64,000 bases of DNA from assembly GCA_035395685.1 (NCBI GenBank), contig DAOPBR010000002.1, forward strand, positions 84,488 to 148,487, given 5' to 3'. The stretch is from Spirochaetota bacterium. GTDB taxonomy: Bacteria > Spirochaetota > UBA4802 > JAFGJZ01. How positions within the stretch are numbered: position 1 is the first letter of the stretch; every line of letters begins with the position of its first letter. Position numbers and translations under genes: made by a program. The notes under the pieces were generated by a model, which was given only the letters and a program-made list of their open reading frames with translations, searched no databases and was not told where the DNA came from. Positions 1-9,158 of the stretch are shown here, piece after piece.

Positions 1-41
1 TTTATTATAAATGAAATATTAAGTAACCGGCGGAGATCAAC

Positions 42-2342
42 ATGAAAAGACTCAGAATCGGCCTCCAAACTGCGAGACTGGAATACGGGTACGGTGTAAA
101 ATTGTGGCAGGGAGCGCTGATTTCCGCAAAACAAAGAGATGCGGATCTAATAGTATTTCCAGGACGCAATCTGAATTCTCCCCATGGATATGATTATCAG
201 TATAACAGCATCTTCAGTTTGATGAATCTTGAAAATATTGATTCACTCATTCTGATTACAACACTTATCAGCAATTACGTTGACAAAGAAGAGTTAAACA
301 AATTCCGCATGAGATTTTCAGATCTTCCAATTATCAGTGTCGGAGCAAGGATTGAAAATACCCCCAGCATTCTCATAGACAACCGGTCCGGAATAAGAGA
401 TCTTGTAAGACATCAAATTGAAGTTCACGGTGCAAAAAGAATCGCATTTATAAAAGGGCCTGAAAATAATTGGGAAGCCGACGAAAGATATCAGGCATAC
501 AAGTTAGAGTTAGAAGCAAACGGAATTCCTTTTGATGAAAGACTAATTGGCAACGGAGATTTCACTTCTCACAGTGTAGCTCCCGCGATTGAGAAAATAC
601 TAAATTCAAACGATCTTCTTCCTGAAGTATTTATGTTTGCAAACGATGAAATGGCAATACATGGCATGAGGCTTCTCAGAGAAAAAGGCATAGATATTCC
701 CGGAGATACATCTATTACTGGATTTGATGATATACATGAGGCTGCATCGCAGTCTGTTCCGATAACCACAGTATCACAGCCCCTTGCGGAAATGATAGAC
801 CGCGCGGTAAATCTGGCTGTTGAACTTGCGCAGGGAAAGGAAAGCCCTTTTGAAACCATTCTTCCGACACACGCCGTAATCAGATCATCATGCGGATGCA
901 TTGCTCATTGCGTAAATGACGTTGTAAGTATAAGAAAAAACCAATTCATCAAAGATGATAAAGAAGATGTTTGCAGTCAGGTTCTCAAGATTCTTGATAA
1001 ATATCATTTTGAAAACTATTCCGATAAAAACACAAGGCGTACCAATGTCGAACAGGTAATTCGCAAGATTATTTCTTTATCATCCGGCAATGAAAACGAA
1101 ACAGCCGAAGAAAAAGACATTTATTCCTTTTTCAATTTTTTCAGCCGAATACTGATGGAAGAAGCTTCACAAGAACTTCCGCCGGAACATTGGGAGATTC
1201 CGCTTTCAATTCTATCTGAGTTAGTAAATTCCTCACGTGCAACAGATATTATGCTTGATCAGTTCAGATTTCTTCTGCGTGCATGCGCGGTTTTAACCCT
1301 TGATTCCGCGCTCAACATGCGCGTCGCGAATCATTTCGAATTTGAAAGAATAATTGAACGCATTCATGATTTAGAATATGATATCTCTTCTGTAGTCGAT
1401 TTGAATTCTCTCATACAAATTCTCGTAAGAAAGCTTCCAAGCGTGGGAATCAATACATTCATGCTGTCAAAATATAAAACCGATTGGGAACAGAAGCGCG
1501 ATGACGAATGGTCAGAACTCCCGGATCTGAAATGCGTGGCCTCTATGTGCGACAGCAGTGAAATGAATACACTTGAACTTAATGACAGCGGGGCATTAAA
1601 GTGGATTTCATCACCAGGCAGATCCGAAAATGACAGAAGCAGAGCTTTTGTCATTTATCCCCTGTTTTTCCGTGAAAATCATTACGGAATTATTGCCTAC
1701 GAACTTTCGCTTCAAAGCGGATTCATATACGAAAGTCTGACAACCCAGATATCAGGAGTTTTAAAACGTATATTTCTATATGACGCGAAAGATAAAGCCG
1801 AACAGGGGCTCCGTCAGGCTATGCGCGATCTTGAAATTTTTAATGCACAGCTTAGTCAGCTTTCAATAACGGATGAATTGACGGGATTATTCAACAGACG
1901 CGGTTTTATGAAAATGGCAGAACATTCATCCTTTCTCGCGCGCCAAATGGGACAGTCTTCGATGCTGATATTCGCAGATCTCGATAAACTCAAGAAAATC
2001 AACGACACTTACGGACATGATGAAGGCGACTGGGCGATAAAAACAGTTTCCGAAGCTTTGAAGAAGACATTCCGTTCCAATGATGTAGTTGCGCGTCTCG
2101 GCGGAGACGAATTTACAGTTTTCGCGACAAACATGAAAGAAGAACTTCTTCCAAGATCTCAGGCCCGTATAAATGATTTTTTAAAACAAAAATGCGCAGG
2201 AAAACAAAAGGAATATCAACTGACTATAAGCATCGGTCATGTTATATGCCCGGTTAACGAATCGCTAAGTATCGAAGAATATATGCAGATAGCCGACAGC
2301 CGATTGTATGAGCAGAAAAAAAAGAAACATGCTGGAAGCTGA
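42..2342 (+). CDS. Diguanylate cyclase: N-terminal periplasmic-binding-protein-like (LacI/sugar-binding fold) sensor, an unassigned middle region of about 280 aa, and a C-terminal GGDEF domain
   Basis: 766-aa ORF. The C-terminus carries the GGDEF signature (..DKLKKINDTYGHDEGDWAIK..RLGGDEFTVFA..). The N-terminal roughly 300 aa have a PBP type-I-like pattern (IAFIKGPENNWEADERYQAYK, GFDD) with an 'SSCGCI' motif. No signal peptide or TM segment is apparent, so the protein is predicted cytoplasmic. Confidence 0.85.
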   Translation: MKRLRIGLQTARLEYGYGVKLWQGALISAKQRDADLIVFPGRNLNSPHGYDYQYNSIFSLMNLENIDSLILITTLISNYVDKEELNKFRMRFSDLPIISVGARIENTPSILIDNRSGIRDLVRHQIEVHGAKRIAFIKGPENNWEADERYQAYKLELEANGIPFDERLIGNGDFTSHSVAPAIEKILNSNDLLPEVFMFANDEMAIHGMRLLREKGIDIPGDTSITGFDDIHEAASQSVPITTVSQPLAEMIDRAVNLAVELAQGKESPFETILPTHAVIRSSCGCIAHCVNDVVSIRKNQFIKDDKEDVCSQVLKILDKYHFENYSDKNTRRTNVEQVIRKIISLSSGNENETAEEKDIYSFFNFFSRILMEEASQELPPEHWEIPLSILSELVNSSRATDIMLDQFRFLLRACAVLTLDSALNMRVANHFEFERIIERIHDLEYDISSVVDLNSLIQILVRKLPSVGINTFMLSKYKTDWEQKRDDEWSELPDLKCVASMCDSSEMNTLELNDSGALKWISSPGRSENDRSRAFVIYPLFFRENHYGIIAYELSLQSGFIYESLTTQISGVLKRIFLYDAKDKAEQGLRQAMRDLEIFNAQLSQLSITDELTGLFNRRGFMKMAEHSSFLARQMGQSSMLIFADLDKLKKINDTYGHDEGDWAIKTVSEALKKTFRSNDVVARLGGDEFTVFATNMKEELLPRSQARINDFLKQKCAGKQKEYQLTISIGHVICPVNESLSIEEYMQIADSRLYEQKKKKHAGS

Positions 2343-2344
2343 TG

Positions 2345-2700
2345 GGATCAGTGATTGCATGGTGTTATGCAATCACTGGAAGGTGCTACAAGGCGAAGTC
2401 TTATAGAGTACGCTAAACTCGCAGGCAGTCGGAACGATCCCGACAACCGAGACGCTACAAATCCGGCAGGAAGCCGGTTTAAAAGCGTCTCGACAGGAGC
2501 GGCTTCCATGCGGATTTATTTTTGGAATCATTACGTTATAAGTTTTTCTCAGCGAACATCCTATTCGCTTCGATTATAACTTGAAATTAACTTAACACCT
2601 CAAACTCCAAGGTAATGCTTGCGTTTTCCCGCTGTGGTCTTCAACCACCTCGCGGGCTATCTTTCCGCATCCATGCGGAAAGTAAAATCAGCATCGCGGT
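2345..2700. repeat. Solo copy of the hairpin-rich mosaic repeat family (same family as 56.1-59.3 kb)
   Basis: The element begins right after the stop codon of the GGDEF gene. It contains these modules: a perfect hairpin gtgattgcat-ggtgtt-atgcaatcac (2351-2376); 'ctcgcaggcagtcggaacgatcccgacaaccgagacgct'; 'aaaagcgtctcgacag'; and a segment of about 130 nt homologous to the 58343/58803/59176 unit. That unit includes stems agcgaa/ttcgct, cccgctgtgg/ccacctcgcggg (2628-2656) and tttccgca-tcca-tgcggaaa (2662-2681). Confidence 0.7.
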
Positions 2701-3837
2701 AATGATTAATGATATTCCGCTTATTATAAACGAATGCTGATATCCGAGTGAATGACCTATTTTCGGATAGATCATCATTCCGAAGAGGCTTCCTGCAACC
2801 TGAGATATTCCCCATATCCCCATGTTTCCGCCGAGCTTCTTCTTATCAAAAAGCGAACCGAGTCCGTGAAGTGTTACAAGCAAAACCATTCCGTCGCTCG
2901 CGCCGTGAATCATTCTCATCGCTAATGAAAAATAATAGTTCGGATTTACTTTCAGTATCATCGTTAATCCTGAAAAAAATACGCCGATCATAAATAATGT
3001 CAGAAGCGACATCTTGCCCTTCTCTATTATTCCGGCAAAGAAAAATGCAGCTGCCGGAAACGCTAAAAACTCGCACATCATGTATACTGTTGTATCCACC
3101 ATTCCGGCGTGTAAATAATGCTTAAGAAACAACGCGTAGCATGTTTCTTCGGCTCCCCAGTGCGATGAAAAGAGAAATAGAATTATACAGAAAACAATTA
3201 TACCCTTGCCTGTTTTCGTCTTTCCGTATTCGCGCAGAGGAACTTTTGCCGTATGTGTTTTTTTAAGCTTGAACGCTATCAAAGATGAAACTGCGAAAAT
3301 CACGCATGCTGCAATCGTCATCAGCTTAAAATTGGAATTTTCGCCGTAAATAATCTGAAAAAGAAAAACCGAGGCCAATCCGATAAATCCGGCCGCTGCA
3401 GTCACAAACAAATATTTTACAAGATGCTTTTCAGAATGTTCACCGAGAAGACGCTTTATGAAAAGTGAATCGAAGCTTGACTGAAATAGACTTTTTCCGC
3501 AAGCGAAAAGCGCGAATACGGGAATAAGCACCGCAAAGCTTGAGCCGAAACTGAGCGCCGCGGCAAAACCCGACAGAAGAAGAAACGCAAATAGAATGAG
3601 TTTTCTTGATTCTACCCTGTCATTAATAATCCCTGAAGGAAAAGCGAGAAGAAAGCTTACAAGCGGAACCTCCGCCATCAATATCCCCGTATAGATTCCT
3701 GTAATACCTTTCTGCTCAAGAAATAGAGGAATAAACCATGAAAGCGGAAACACAACCGCCTTAAATATAAAAAAGGCCGAATACTCGGCAAAATTTTTCT
3801 TCATAATTGCACCGCCGCGTGCAATTATGAACCGCAT
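2641..3837 (-). CDS. MFS-type transporter (about 12 TM helices)
   Basis: Strongly hydrophobic 398-aa ORF with repeated TM-helix pattern. The likely start is the internal Met (MKKNFAEY, about 3804). The last 9 codons (MRKDSPRGG) plus the stop are encoded inside the mosaic repeat at 2641-2682. Confidence 0.7.
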   Translation of the reverse strand: MRFIIARGGAIMKKNFAEYSAFFIFKAVVFPLSWFIPLFLEQKGITGIYTGILMAEVPLVSFLLAFPSGIINDRVESRKLILFAFLLLSGFAAALSFGSSFAVLIPVFALFACGKSLFQSSFDSLFIKRLLGEHSEKHLVKYLFVTAAAGFIGLASVFLFQIIYGENSNFKLMTIAACVIFAVSSLIAFKLKKTHTAKVPLREYGKTKTGKGIIVFCIILFLFSSHWGAEETCYALFLKHYLHAGMVDTTVYMMCEFLAFPAAAFFFAGIIEKGKMSLLTLFMIGVFFSGLTMILKVNPNYYFSLAMRMIHGASDGMVLLVTLHGLGSLFDKKKLGGNMGIWGISQVAGSLFGMMIYPKIGHSLGYQHSFIISGISLIITAMLILLSAWMRKDSPRGG

Positions 3838-4030
3838 ATACTTTTGTCAAGAAACAATATGGTTTTCATTTGAAGAGTGCGGAAGGACTGAAATAAGTAC
3901 TCAAGGTACGTTAGGCATCTATGCCGTGTCTCTTCCGCACTGAAGCAGGGGATACTGACATTTAAACCTCGCAGTGCGCTTCTGCAATTAATATACAATT
4001 GACTGCAGAAACGTCAACCGTCGGATTAAA

Positions 4031-5008
4031 TTATTTTTCTTCTGAAGAAATTTTTTGCCAGATTTCCGGATTCTCCTGACCTATGCGCCAGAAAGCAATC
4101 TTCGCGGCCCCCGCATTTTTATATATGCCGAATTTTTTCCGAAGTGATTCCTCGTCATCATAATAAAGCGACACCTCAACAGTTTCGGTATACCTGACAT
4201 TCGGAATTCCGTCTTCAGTCCTGCTTATTGAAAGATTTTTCAACTTTATGAGATTTGCAACTCCGCGGTTGATGTAAGCCTTAGCCGGATTCTTATCAAT
4301 CCACGCCCTTCCGTAGAACGGAATTCCCATTACGAGCTTTTCTCGAGGTATATGTTTCGCGGCATAAGACGATACTTCCCGGCACCATGCGTTTGATGCA
4401 ACAGGTCCGGGTTTACTCGTGCTCCAGTGCTCGTCATAAGCCATAATAATGATGCGGTCTACTGATTTCGATATTTTTTCATAATCATATGCATCATCCA
4501 CTTTTTTTCTTCTCGCAGGAAGAGCAACACTCAAAGTCTTATCTTTAATTTTAGCCTTCAGCTCATAAAGAAAAGAAATGAAATTATCCCTGTCTGCCGG
4601 ACGCACAGCCTCAAAATCAATCTGAACCCCCGCAAACGGCTTCGACTTGACGGCAATGCTTTCTAAAAGTTCGGCTCTGAAGGGAAGATCCGGACGCAGA
4701 ACAAAGTGGGTCAGCGAATAATCCGAAGTTTCGGCTATAACAAGATGAACTCTTCTGCCGAAATGACTTATCGCTCCGACATCAGGAACGCCACGAAGAC
4801 TCCCGTCCAAAGAAACCTTTGCGGAAAAATATCCAATATCCGTAACCGGAGAATTTTTAGTAAAATATTTTTCTTCACCGCTCATCAGATATCCCCATAT
4901 TTCCGTAAAAAATACAGGAGACGCGGCTTCTGCTTCAATATCCGCACGGACGTAAGAAAACGCCAGGCAGAAGAAGCCTGTAACAGCACATAATAATAAT
5001 TTTTTCAT
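4031..5008 (-). CDS. Secreted glycoside hydrolase family 18-like protein (YdhD/chitinase-like fold)
   Basis: N-terminal signal peptide (MKKLLLCAVTGFFCLAFS). Contains the 'MGIPFYGRAW' motif typical of GH18 and a 'VQIDFEAV' catalytic-region-like segment. Confidence 0.5.
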   Translation of the reverse strand: MKKLLLCAVTGFFCLAFSYVRADIEAEAASPVFFTEIWGYLMSGEEKYFTKNSPVTDIGYFSAKVSLDGSLRGVPDVGAISHFGRRVHLVIAETSDYSLTHFVLRPDLPFRAELLESIAVKSKPFAGVQIDFEAVRPADRDNFISFLYELKAKIKDKTLSVALPARRKKVDDAYDYEKISKSVDRIIIMAYDEHWSTSKPGPVASNAWCREVSSYAAKHIPREKLVMGIPFYGRAWIDKNPAKAYINRGVANLIKLKNLSISRTEDGIPNVRYTETVEVSLYYDDEESLRKKFGIYKNAGAAKIAFWRIGQENPEIWQKISSEEK

Positions 5009-5068
5009 TTAAAGATCTTTAGAAATGGAATTCGGGGAGCTGCAAGAGCTCCCCGGGATTATCGTTGA

Positions 5069-5458
5069 TTACTTAGAAGTTCTTGAAGTAAACTTGTCCG
5101 GACCTGCAACGTCGATATTAACTACAGTTTTGATGTCTCCCTGAGAAACAACAAGCTCAGCAGCACCTTCAGCTTTAGCTCTAACAGCAGCTTTAGGACC
5201 TACTGGATTAACAAGAGTTATGATACCTGCGAATTTTTTGTCAACAGACCATGTAGGATTGATAACAACAGGATTACCTGCAGAATCAAGACCTTTAGCT
5301 GTAAAAGAGAAAACATTTCCTTTTTCAATCTGTGCAGATGAAGGATCTACAACGATTGTAGAAAGAACTCCTAGAGCAGTCTTAGGCTGTGCAGTTTCAC
5401 AAGCAGCGGCAACAGCAACAACTGTCAATAGAACCAAGCATACTAATGCTTTTTTCAT
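5069..5458 (-). CDS. Small lipoprotein with a bacterial Ig-like (Big_2-type) domain
   Basis: Signal peptide plus lipobox (..VAAACET). Beta-rich Ig-like sequence of 129 aa. Confidence 0.45.
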   Translation of the reverse strand: MKKALVCLVLLTVVAVAAACETAQPKTALGVLSTIVVDPSSAQIEKGNVFSFTAKGLDSAGNPVVINPTWSVDKKFAGIITLVNPVGPKAAVRAKAEGAAELVVSQGDIKTVVNIDVAGPDKFTSRTSK

Positions 5459-5584
5459 TTTAGTCTCCTTAATTTTGTCATTTAAAATTGGTTCGAAAAC
5501 CGAATAAACTATAGTAATAATCCCTTTATATTATTGTAAAGCATTTTATTGCCTTACATCTCAAAGAAATCAACTTATAAATTC

Positions 5585-6412
5585 TCACGGAACACTTTGA
5601 TTTAGAATCGAAAGAATCTGTTTGGCCGAATAACTGCTTTTCACATGATGTCTCCTTAAACAGAAATTATCCCTTGTTACGGGATTCATTCCGTATTCAG
5701 TGGTAAACGCTCTCTTATATCCGGCAAGACGCGCCATATTAACCAGATAAGAATTATAGTTCCCGTATGGAAAAGCAATAAACTCGCATTTATCTCCCGT
5801 TTCAAGAGAAATGATTCTTCTTGAAAGATACATTTCCTTAAATAATTTATGAAACGAATCAGGATTATCGGAAGACAATATCTTAACAAGATCGGCATGC
5901 GAATAAGTGTGTGATTCGACATCGATTCCGGATCTTTCGAGTTCGCGGATTTCTTCCCAGTTGATAAGGTTTTTTGAAGAAGGATGAACAAAATCGATAT
6001 AGATAAAAAGCGTTATAGGATAACCGAATTCTTTTGCAATCGGAATAAGTTTTTCATACATCGACTTGTATCCATCATCAAACGTTATTACGGCGGATTT
6101 TCGCTGGTACGGAGTCCGGCTTTCTATCCGGCTTACAAGATCACGAAGGGAAACTACATCAACCCCGCTCTCCCTTATAAGACGGAAATGCTCTCTCAGT
6201 TGTTCCGAAGTAACTGAAAACGGCCCCTTTCCGTCAATATTATGATATAGAAGAATGGGAACCGCAAATAACCGGTCAATTTTCTCTTTTTCACGCTCTT
6301 TGTACGATTCCGAGTATTCACCGCCCGGTTTTCCGGATGAATATATCCAAAATACCGCCAAACCCGAAAAAATAACAAAAAGCAGTGCTGTTAATAATCT
6401 AAATGTTTTCAT
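5585..6412 (-). CDS. Polysaccharide deacetylase (NodB homology domain), membrane-anchored
   Basis: Contains the TFDDG motif (VITFDDGYKSMYE), a His-containing motif (ESHTYSHADL), and an N-terminal TM anchor. Confidence 0.8.
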   Translation of the reverse strand: MKTFRLLTALLFVIFSGLAVFWIYSSGKPGGEYSESYKEREKEKIDRLFAVPILLYHNIDGKGPFSVTSEQLREHFRLIRESGVDVVSLRDLVSRIESRTPYQRKSAVITFDDGYKSMYEKLIPIAKEFGYPITLFIYIDFVHPSSKNLINWEEIRELERSGIDVESHTYSHADLVKILSSDNPDSFHKLFKEMYLSRRIISLETGDKCEFIAFPYGNYNSYLVNMARLAGYKRAFTTEYGMNPVTRDNFCLRRHHVKSSYSAKQILSILNQSVP

Positions 6413-6496
6413 GTTATATTATCGGACAAGAAAAATCCTTTACAATAATAATCGTCAAATAATAAACTTGTTTAGAAACTGACACCGGCAGGAAAC

Positions 6497-6856
6497 ATGA
6501 CACGACAGAACAGGCTTAATGAAGATCATATAGTAAACAGCATCATCGGTGAAGGCAGTGAATTCAAAGGCGAATTCAAGATAAACGGGCTTTTGCGAAT
6601 TGACGGCAAATTTACGGGAACTATTCAGACTGAAGGAAAGGTTCTGATCGGTCAGTACGGCGAAGCGCTTACCGACATTCAGGCTCGAGTTGTCATAGTG
6701 GGCGGAACCGTCAAGGGAAACATTCTCGCAAGCGAAAGAGTCGTACTTCTGGCATCCGGTGATGTTAAGGGAAATATCATCACTCCTTCAATCATAATGG
6801 AAGACGGAGTCAAATTCGACGGAAGCTGTGTAATCAACAAAGAACATCCGGTATAA
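6497..6856 (+). CDS. Bactofilin (CcmA-like polymer-forming cytoskeletal protein)
   Basis: 119 aa with a beta-helical repeat pattern (KINGLLRIDGKFTGTIQTEGKVLIGQYGE..VIVGGTVKGNILASERVVLLASGDVKGNI) characteristic of DUF583/bactofilin. Confidence 0.75.
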   Translation: MTRQNRLNEDHIVNSIIGEGSEFKGEFKINGLLRIDGKFTGTIQTEGKVLIGQYGEALTDIQARVVIVGGTVKGNILASERVVLLASGDVKGNIITPSIIMEDGVKFDGSCVINKEHPV

Positions 6857-6857
6857 T

Positions 6858-7298
6858 ATGCTGAGAGTAAATCAATTCAAATCGGCTGACTCGGCGAGAA
6901 TCAAAAGCGGTTCAGGCGCTTCATCGGCAAAAAAAACCGATGCATCTTTCTCAGCAGAGCTTTCAAACGCCGTCAGTGAAAAAAACATGCGCGATTTTCA
7001 GGATATGATGGACGATCTTCATGATCAGGAAAAACGCTTTCTCGAAAAACGCGATCTTGAAGAGCTGGCAAACTACAAGGCTCTTGTTCAGAAACTTCTT
7101 ACGTTCATAAGCGACAGCTCTTTTGAATCGAAGGAGCTTTCAAGACTTAAGTCAACCAAGGCTCCCTTTCTTATTACAAAAAAAATCAATGAAAAACTTC
7201 TCGAAATCTCACAGCAGATTTCACGCGGCAACAAGGCTTTCAATCTCCTCAAAGAGCTTGATGAAATCCGCGGTCTTATTCTCGATTATACAAAGTGA
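6858..7298 (+). CDS. YaaR-like (DUF327) protein
   Basis: 146-aa hydrophilic protein immediately upstream of holB, the same position yaaR holds in the Firmicute yaaR-holB-yaaT arrangement. The assignment rests on synteny and size only. Confidence 0.4.
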   Translation: MLRVNQFKSADSARIKSGSGASSAKKTDASFSAELSNAVSEKNMRDFQDMMDDLHDQEKRFLEKRDLEELANYKALVQKLLTFISDSSFESKELSRLKSTKAPFLITKKINEKLLEISQQISRGNKAFNLLKELDEIRGLILDYTK

Positions 7299-8269
7299 TT
7301 ATGATACCCCAAATAGAAGGCCACCAAAAGCAGAAGAATTATATCAAAAAAATAATAGCGTCACCGTCACGGCCGCATGCTCTGCTTTTCACGGGTGTCA
7401 ACGGAATAGGAAAAAGCGCAGTCGCAGTTGAATCTATTGCAGCGTTTTTATGCGCCGATGCAAACTCTCCATGCGGAAAATGCCGTTCGTGCCGTCAGGT
7501 ATTTTCTTTTTCGCACCCTGATTTTCTGATTCTCGAACCCGATGAAAAAGGCTCGATACCTATCGGCGACAAAGATAAAAAAGAAGAAGGAAGCGTTAGA
7601 GCGCTTCTAAGTTCATTAAGCGAAAAACCTTTCGGAGGAAAACGCGCCGTTTTAATAAAAGAAATCGACTGTGCGAAAACAGCCGGAATGAATGCTCTCT
7701 TAAAAACAATTGAAGAACCCTCTGAAAATACTCTGATAATTATGACGACTTCTTCCGAATCAAGAATTCTAAGAACAATACTTTCACGTTCATCAGTAAT
7801 CAGGTTCTCTCCCCTTCCCTTTGATTCAATTAAGAAACTGCTTGGAGATATGCCGGAAGCAGAAAAAGATTTTATTGCCGCGGCTTCGGGCGGATCAATG
7901 GAAAATGCAATCAGGTTTTCATCAGAAAAAACAAGAGAAGAACTTAAGAATTTCGCAGCTGGAATACGAAAAGCATATCTTTCAAATTCTTTCATAGAAC
8001 CGTCCTCTCTTTCCGCAATGTCGGGAAAAGACGGCTACGGTTTGATTGACGGAGCCGTAAATATTTATTCATTTCTTCTGAAAAACAAACTTACAGGAAA
8101 AGTGACCTTCAGCTCTTTTTTGAACGATTTATATATTGACGCGGATAAAACGCTTCACAACATTATCAAAATGCTTCTCTCCGCGAAAAAAGGCTCTGCA
8201 CGGAACCTGAATCCGGCTTTTTCGGTAAAAGCTCTTTCTTATAACTTACTCGCGGAGAAACTAATATGA
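7295..8269 (+). CDS. holB: DNA polymerase III delta-prime subunit
   Basis: Walker-A-like GVNGIGKS, a Zn-module CGKCRSCRQ, and the TTS/SRS motifs of clamp-loader delta-prime. Start overlaps the upstream gene by 4 bp. Confidence 0.8.
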   Translation: MIMIPQIEGHQKQKNYIKKIIASPSRPHALLFTGVNGIGKSAVAVESIAAFLCADANSPCGKCRSCRQVFSFSHPDFLILEPDEKGSIPIGDKDKKEEGSVRALLSSLSEKPFGGKRAVLIKEIDCAKTAGMNALLKTIEEPSENTLIIMTTSSESRILRTILSRSSVIRFSPLPFDSIKKLLGDMPEAEKDFIAAASGGSMENAIRFSSEKTREELKNFAAGIRKAYLSNSFIEPSSLSAMSGKDGYGLIDGAVNIYSFLLKNKLTGKVTFSSFLNDLYIDADKTLHNIIKMLLSAKKGSARNLNPAFSVKALSYNLLAEKLI

Positions 8270-8276
8270 GGTTTAA

Positions 8277-9140
8277 ATGGAATTTACCAGCGTAAAAATG
8301 CGCAACAACTGTGCCATATACAATCTTGACTCGAATAATATCTTTATCAATCCGGGTTCGGCATGCATTGCAGAAACCGAACACGGTGTCGACATAGGTT
8401 ACGTCTTGTCGGGTATTCCTGCATGTAAAAGCCAGGAATGCGAGGCCCGCGGAAAAATTCTAAGGCTGGCTTCTGATGAGGATATTGCTCAGGCCAATTC
8501 TCTTCTTGATCTCGAAAAAAGATCTTTTGAAGAGTGCAAACTGAAAGCAAAAGAAAAGAATCTCGATATGACGCTCGTCAACGTTAAGGCAATTTTCGAC
8601 AAATCGAAAATTATATTTTATTTCGTTGCAGAGAACAGAGTCGATTTCCGCGAACTTGTCCGCGACCTTGCCGGAATTTTCAAAACACGTATCGAAATGC
8701 GTCAGATAGGCGTACGCGACAAGTCACGTATTATAGGCGGTCACGGAACCTGCGGTCAGTCGCTCTGCTGTACAAAAATGCGCGGAGTATTTTCCCCTGT
8801 ATCAATTAAAATGGCAAAAGAGCAGAATCTGAATCTCAACAGTCAGAAAATATCAGGATGCTGCGGAAGACTGCTCTGCTGTCTTGATTATGAATATGAA
8901 GTATACTGCGATCTGAATATGGGTCTGCCGCAGCAGGGAACCGAAATACGCATCGGCGATAATAAATGCTATGTAGATTCAGTTGATACTCTCAAACAGA
9001 CTATCAGACTAAAATACATGGATGCATATCTTCATATTCAGAAAAATGACATCACTTCAGACGGTATCAATTTCTCGGTTTCAATGCCGGTAATTGAACG
9101 GTTGATGAATCACACAGATGAAGAAAAAGAAGAAGATTAA
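8277..9140 (+). CDS. PSP1 C-terminal domain protein (RicT/YaaT-like)
   Basis: Cys-rich PSP1 pattern (GTCGQSLCCTKM..GCCGRLLCCLDYE). Conserved position between holB and metG. Confidence 0.7.
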   Translation: MEFTSVKMRNNCAIYNLDSNNIFINPGSACIAETEHGVDIGYVLSGIPACKSQECEARGKILRLASDEDIAQANSLLDLEKRSFEECKLKAKEKNLDMTLVNVKAIFDKSKIIFYFVAENRVDFRELVRDLAGIFKTRIEMRQIGVRDKSRIIGGHGTCGQSLCCTKMRGVFSPVSIKMAKEQNLNLNSQKISGCCGRLLCCLDYEYEVYCDLNMGLPQQGTEIRIGDNKCYVDSVDTLKQTIRLKYMDAYLHIQKNDITSDGINFSVSMPVIERLMNHTDEEKEED

Positions 9141-9158
9141 TATTTACAGAAGGACATC

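Noticed and set aside
569-1654. Antisense ORFs (110 and 96 aa) inside the GGDEF gene, and similar antisense ORFs inside metG, PBP1A, guaA and other genes
   Set aside because: They are embedded antisense in long, motif-supported genes, and no independent evidence supports them.
2355-2579. 74-aa ORF and several 60-130-aa ORFs (56079-56446, 57140-57373, 58361-59231) called inside the mosaic repeats
   Set aside because: They sit entirely within GC-rich repeat DNA, overlap each other on both strands, have no RBS, and are not conserved between repeat copies. They are artefacts of reduced stop-codon frequency in GC-rich sequence.
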